Shown: positions 60,292 to 64,000 of the stretch, piece by piece | How positions within the stretch are numbered: position 1 is the stretch's first letter | Layout of the letters: the number at the start of each line of letters is the position of its first letter | Origin: Oceanispirochaeta sp. | Lineage (GTDB): Bacteria > Spirochaetota > Spirochaetia > DSM-2461 | Length of the DNA stretch: 64,000 nucleotides | NCBI GenBank assembly: GCA_963663385.2 | Contig: CAXXXD010000003.1 | Location: 768,001 to 832,000 of the forward strand | Reading direction: 5' to 3' | Notes under the pieces: generated by a model | The model's input: only the letters and a program-made list of their open reading frames with translations | Database searches by the model: none | Told to the model about the DNA's origin: nothing | Position numbers and translations under genes: made by a program

Positions 60292-60573
60292 ATGGAAAAG
60301 AATGATTTATTCATCACAGCATCCCTCGCCAGGCTCGAACTGGAAGAAGGGGAAGCTCAAAAACTCGGAGATGAAGTCTCCCGTATGCTAACGTATTTTG
60401 AAAAAATGTCAGAAGTTGATGTCGAAGGCCTCGAGCCCACGACTCATGCCCTTCAGAAGGAGAACCGCCTGCGTGAAGATCGCAGGCATTCTAATGAAGC
60501 CCAGCCGGATGAATTGTTGGAATGTGCTCCGGATCTGGAAGACCGGTTTATCCTCATCCCCAACGTTCTCTAA
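60292..60573 (+). CDS. gatC: Asp/Glu-tRNA amidotransferase subunit C
   Basis: ASLARLEL, DVEGLEPT, LRED, AP...FILIPNVL; precedes gatA. Confidence 0.9.
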   Translation: MEKNDLFITASLARLELEEGEAQKLGDEVSRMLTYFEKMSEVDVEGLEPTTHALQKENRLREDRRHSNEAQPDELLECAPDLEDRFILIPNVL

Positions 60574-60642
60574 TATCCACATCTCACTTAAACAATTCAA
60601 TCATTATTTAGAACCGGACATTAAGCTCCGGAAAGGTATGAT

Positions 60643-62031
60643 ATGTCAGAAATGGAAGAAAAATGGGCTGGTGTACTGTCCGATAGTGCACGACTGAAAG
60701 CTTATAAAAAATATGTCAGCGACTGGGAAGAAAAAATCGGAAGCTTTCTGGAATTTGATACCGGCCGTGTTGTCGAAAACTCAGCCAAAGAAGGCCCTCT
60801 TGCTGGGATACCCTTTGGCGTAAAGGACAATATTGCCGTTAAAAACTATAAACTGACCTGCGGGTCCAAAATGCTGGAAAACTTTGTTTCTCCCTATACG
60901 GCCACAGCTGTCAGGAAACTGCAGGACGCCGGTGCGATTCCTGTTGCCAAGTGTAATCTGGATGAATTCGGTATGGGATCGTCCACAGATAATTCGGCGC
61001 TGGGAATTACAAGCAATCCCTGGGATACGGAAAGGGTAGCAGGCGGTTCTTCCGGAGGGAGCGCAGCGGCTGTAGCGGCAGGTCTTGTTCCCTTTGCTCT
61101 GGGATCCGATACGGGAGGATCCGTTCGTCAGCCCGCTTCCTTCTGCGGTGTTTACGGGTTGAAACCGACATACGGCGTTGTTTCCCGCTACGGTTTGACA
61201 GCTTATGCTTCCTCTCTGGAAGTTATCGGAGTGCTGGCCCGTACAACAGAAATGACGAAAAGGGTATTTGAGGCCATGAGGGGTAAAGATCCGATGGATC
61301 ATACCTCCCTGGATTATACTCCAAGCGGTAAAGAGGTTAAAACCGTCGGTATTCTGAAAGTTCCCGAAGGCGGTCTCAATCCGGAAGTCCAGACTTCCTA
61401 CGAGGCTTCCATAGAACGCATTAAAAAACTGGGATACGATACCATCGAAATTGACCTGCCGACCCTGGAATATGTCGTGCCGGCCTATTACACCATAGCC
61501 ACCGGTGAGGCAAGCGCCAACCTGGCCCGGTATAACGGGATCCGTTATGGTCATGCCCCTGTTTTTGCAGAAAACCCGGCGGATTTGATGAAGAAGTCCC
61601 GCCATGAAGGTTTCGGAGATGAAGTAAAACTGAGAATCCTGCTGGGAACCTATGTGCTCCGTTCCGGATTTCAGGATCAATACTATACAAAGGCCCAGAA
61701 AATCCGTACGGCTATCCGAAACGATGTGGAACGATGGTATGACAGGGCGGATGTTCTGATGATGCCTGTATTCCCCACACCCGCCTTTCATCATGGCGGA
61801 CAGGACATGGACGAGTTTCAGCAGAAACAGGCCGACCTTTACACCTGTACAGCCAATCTTGTGGGACACCCGGCTCTGGCGGTACCCTCTACAGTAGAAA
61901 AGGGACTCCCCGTGGGGGTTCAGTTTATGGCTCCTCCCTTTGAAGAGGATCGTTTGTTTCAGGTTTCCGCTGCGCTGGAAAAGGAGTTCCAGGCTCCCGA
62001 ACCCTCTGGTTATACCATGGAATGGAGTTGA
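60643..62031 (+). CDS. gatA: Asp/Glu-tRNA amidotransferase subunit A
   Basis: GVKDNI, DEFGMGSST, GGSSGGS, GSDTGGSVRQPA, ANLARYNGIRYG, RILLGT. Confidence 0.95.
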   Translation: MSEMEEKWAGVLSDSARLKAYKKYVSDWEEKIGSFLEFDTGRVVENSAKEGPLAGIPFGVKDNIAVKNYKLTCGSKMLENFVSPYTATAVRKLQDAGAIPVAKCNLDEFGMGSSTDNSALGITSNPWDTERVAGGSSGGSAAAVAAGLVPFALGSDTGGSVRQPASFCGVYGLKPTYGVVSRYGLTAYASSLEVIGVLARTTEMTKRVFEAMRGKDPMDHTSLDYTPSGKEVKTVGILKVPEGGLNPEVQTSYEASIERIKKLGYDTIEIDLPTLEYVVPAYYTIATGEASANLARYNGIRYGHAPVFAENPADLMKKSRHEGFGDEVKLRILLGTYVLRSGFQDQYYTKAQKIRTAIRNDVERWYDRADVLMMPVFPTPAFHHGGQDMDEFQQKQADLYTCTANLVGHPALAVPSTVEKGLPVGVQFMAPPFEEDRLFQVSAALEKEFQAPEPSGYTMEWS

Positions 62032-62034
62032 ATT

Positions 62035-63453
62035 GTGTACCAGTCATTTATAGGTCTTGAAATACATATACACCTGGATGCGGAAACCAAAGCGTTCTGC
62101 AGTTGTAAAGCCCACTACGGAGATGAGGAAAATACAAATATCTGTCCTGTCTGCATGGGATTTCCCGGAGTGTTGCCCACCCTCAATGAGAAGGCGATAC
62201 ATATGTCCTACATGGTGGCCAAAGCACTGAACTGCGAACTCAGTATGAATACGAAATTTGACCGGAAGAACTACTTCTATCCGGATATGCCGAAAAATTA
62301 CCAGATAAGTCAGTTCTCTGATCCTGTAGGCCGAAACGGTTATATCGATATAGAAGTTGGTGACTCTATCAAGAGAGTGCGTATCCATGACGTACATTTT
62401 GAGGAAGATGCGGGCAAGATGATCCATGCGGGGGATATGTCTCTTCTGGATTACAACAGAGCCGGTTATCCTCTGCTGGAAGTCGTTACCGAACCGGATC
62501 TGACCGTAGGCGCCGATGCGGAAGCATTTCTGAAAAGTTTCAGAAGAATGGTCCGTTACCTGGGTGTCTGTGATGGCAACATGGAAGAGGGTTCCATGAG
62601 ATGTGATGCCAATATCTCCATCAACCATCAGGGTGCCGGTCTCGGGAAAAAAGTGGAAATCAAGAACCTCAACTCTTCCCGGTTTGTACGGAAGGGACTG
62701 GACTATGAAATTGTCCGGCAGTCAGCCCTGATGGATGAAGGAAAAGAAATTATCCAGGAGACCCGTCTCTGGAACGAAAACCGTGATTCAACAGCCCCAA
62801 TGAGGCGGAAGGAAGCGGCCGATGACTACCGTTATTTCCCCGAACCGGATCTGCCTTCATTCAGGCCATCCGAAGAATTCCTGAAATCTGTTGACGATAG
62901 TCTCTGCGAACTGCCCTTTGCCCGGAAACAGCGCCTGATGAGCGGTCACGGGCTGACATCCGAGCAGGCGGAATATATTCATGAAGAGAAATATATGGCC
63001 GATTTTTTTGAACAGGCTGTTTTCCTCGGAGCCGAAGCGGTACAGGTTTACTCCTGGCTCTCTTCGGATGTTAAAAAACTGCTGAACAGAACAGGTCAGT
63101 CTCTGGAAGAGTCTCCTCTGTCCGCAGAGAGACTGTCCCGGTTGATTGCCCTGATTGATGAGGGGCAGATCAGCGGAAAAATTGCCAAGAATGTGCTGGA
63201 TCTGATTTTTGAAGAGGATAAGGATCCCGATGTTATCACAAAAGAGAAGGGCCTTATTCAGATCTCCGATAAAGCCTCTGTAGAGGCCATCGTTGTCAAG
63301 GTTCTGAACGATCATGAATCCGTTGTTGACGCCATAAAGGGCGGGGATATGAAACAGATGGGATTCCTGGTGGGACAGGTTATGAAGGCTTCAGGCGGAA
63401 AAGCCGCCCCCCAGGTTGTCCAAACTGTTTTAAAAGAGAAGGTTTTAGGGTAA
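62035..63453 (+). CDS. gatB: Asp/Glu-tRNA amidotransferase subunit B
   Basis: IGLEIH, FDRKNYFYPD, EEDAGK, MEEGSMRCDAN, DYRYFPEPDL, GQVMK. Confidence 0.97.
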   Translation: MYQSFIGLEIHIHLDAETKAFCSCKAHYGDEENTNICPVCMGFPGVLPTLNEKAIHMSYMVAKALNCELSMNTKFDRKNYFYPDMPKNYQISQFSDPVGRNGYIDIEVGDSIKRVRIHDVHFEEDAGKMIHAGDMSLLDYNRAGYPLLEVVTEPDLTVGADAEAFLKSFRRMVRYLGVCDGNMEEGSMRCDANISINHQGAGLGKKVEIKNLNSSRFVRKGLDYEIVRQSALMDEGKEIIQETRLWNENRDSTAPMRRKEAADDYRYFPEPDLPSFRPSEEFLKSVDDSLCELPFARKQRLMSGHGLTSEQAEYIHEEKYMADFFEQAVFLGAEAVQVYSWLSSDVKKLLNRTGQSLEESPLSAERLSRLIALIDEGQISGKIAKNVLDLIFEEDKDPDVITKEKGLIQISDKASVEAIVVKVLNDHESVVDAIKGGDMKQMGFLVGQVMKASGGKAAPQVVQTVLKEKVLG

Positions 63454-63462
63454 CAAGTTAAG

Positions 63463-63513
63463 CCGGCAGTTTGAAACTGCCGGTACCAAAAAACCGCAGC
63501 CGGTAGTTTCAAA
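63463..63513. repeat. REP-like hairpin pair between gatB and aspS
   Basis: CCGGCAGTTTGAAACTGCCGG, followed by the inverted variant GCCGGTAGTTTCAAA. Confidence 0.5.
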
Positions 63514-63553
63514 TGGCAGAAATAATAAACCGGATTGCAGGAGGAGAGGGAAT

Positions 63554-64000
63554 ATGCGCGTTTTAGCGAAAGATATAAAGGATTATGCGGGTAAGGAAAT
63601 TACCATAAGCGGCTGGGTGCACCGGATCCGGGAACTGGGCGGTGTGAGTTTTATTATCATGCGGGACAGAACCGGAATGGTCCAGATTGTAACAAATGAT
63701 AATATTGAACTGACAGTAGAGTCTGTAGTTTCTGTTTCGGGTGTTATTCATGAGAATGAAAAGGCTCCCGGCGGATTTGAAATGCAGCTTGGTTCAATGG
63801 AGGTTCTGGCGGAGGCGGCTCCGGACCTTCCCTTTTCTGTCAATCAGGACCCTGAAAATACCGGGATTGATACAATACTGGATAACCGTATGCTGGCCCT
63901 GAGGAATCCCAAGATACTCTCCATATTCAGACTCCAGGCGGCTCTTGTGCAGTACTTCGCCGAGTTCCTGAGATCCAGGGATTTTATAGAAATTAAATCC
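63554..64000 (+). CDS. aspS: Aspartyl-tRNA synthetase, short archaeal-type, probably non-discriminating; runs off the window end
   Basis: Not in the ORF track. Hand translation MRVLAKDIKDYAGKEITISGWVHRIRELGGVSFIIMRDRTGMVQ...NEKAPGGFE...LDNRMLALRNP...FIEIKS; RBS GGAGGAG. Confidence 0.85.
   Translation, partial: MRVLAKDIKDYAGKEITISGWVHRIRELGGVSFIIMRDRTGMVQIVTNDNIELTVESVVSVSGVIHENEKAPGGFEMQLGSMEVLAEAAPDLPFSVNQDPENTGIDTILDNRMLALRNPKILSIFRLQAALVQYFAEFLRSRDFIEIKS

Noticed and set aside
60781..61869. 362-aa minus-strand ORF
   Set aside because: Antisense shadow of gatA.

Overview
Chromosomal segment of an anaerobic, saccharolytic bacterium, most likely a free-living spirochaete. This is inferred from the solute-binding protein signal peptides, the HydABC/NfnAB genes and a spirochaete-type outer-membrane protein. 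The window is gene-dense, and I found no rRNA, tRNA, IS element, CRISPR array or prophage. In order it contains: GNAT genes (one frameshifted); a sulfur locus (TauABC-type ABC transporter, YeeE/YedE, a frameshifted CoA-disulfide reductase-rhodanese, a divergent rhodanese lipoprotein); assorted hydrolases; a short 4-domain S1 protein; a FadR/DUF5692 pair; a 1531-aa sensor-like protein followed by a pseudo-receiver NarL-type regulator and gdhA; putP; three sugar ABC clusters; a hydCBA-nfnAB operon; and gatCAB with an archaeal-type aspS. The best candidate for an undescribed system is 19592-26314. The large protein there has three 128-aa GAF-like repeats, REC domains, a PPDK/PEP-synthase ATP-grasp domain and a C-terminal GSHFF His motif, but no pyruvate-binding domain. 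It could be a non-canonical His phosphorelay controlling glutamate dehydrogenase. The second candidate is the XRE-SorC-regulated ABC + phosphodiester glycosidase + GT-A operon at 37032-44788. All calls come from reading motifs by eye; no database searches were run.
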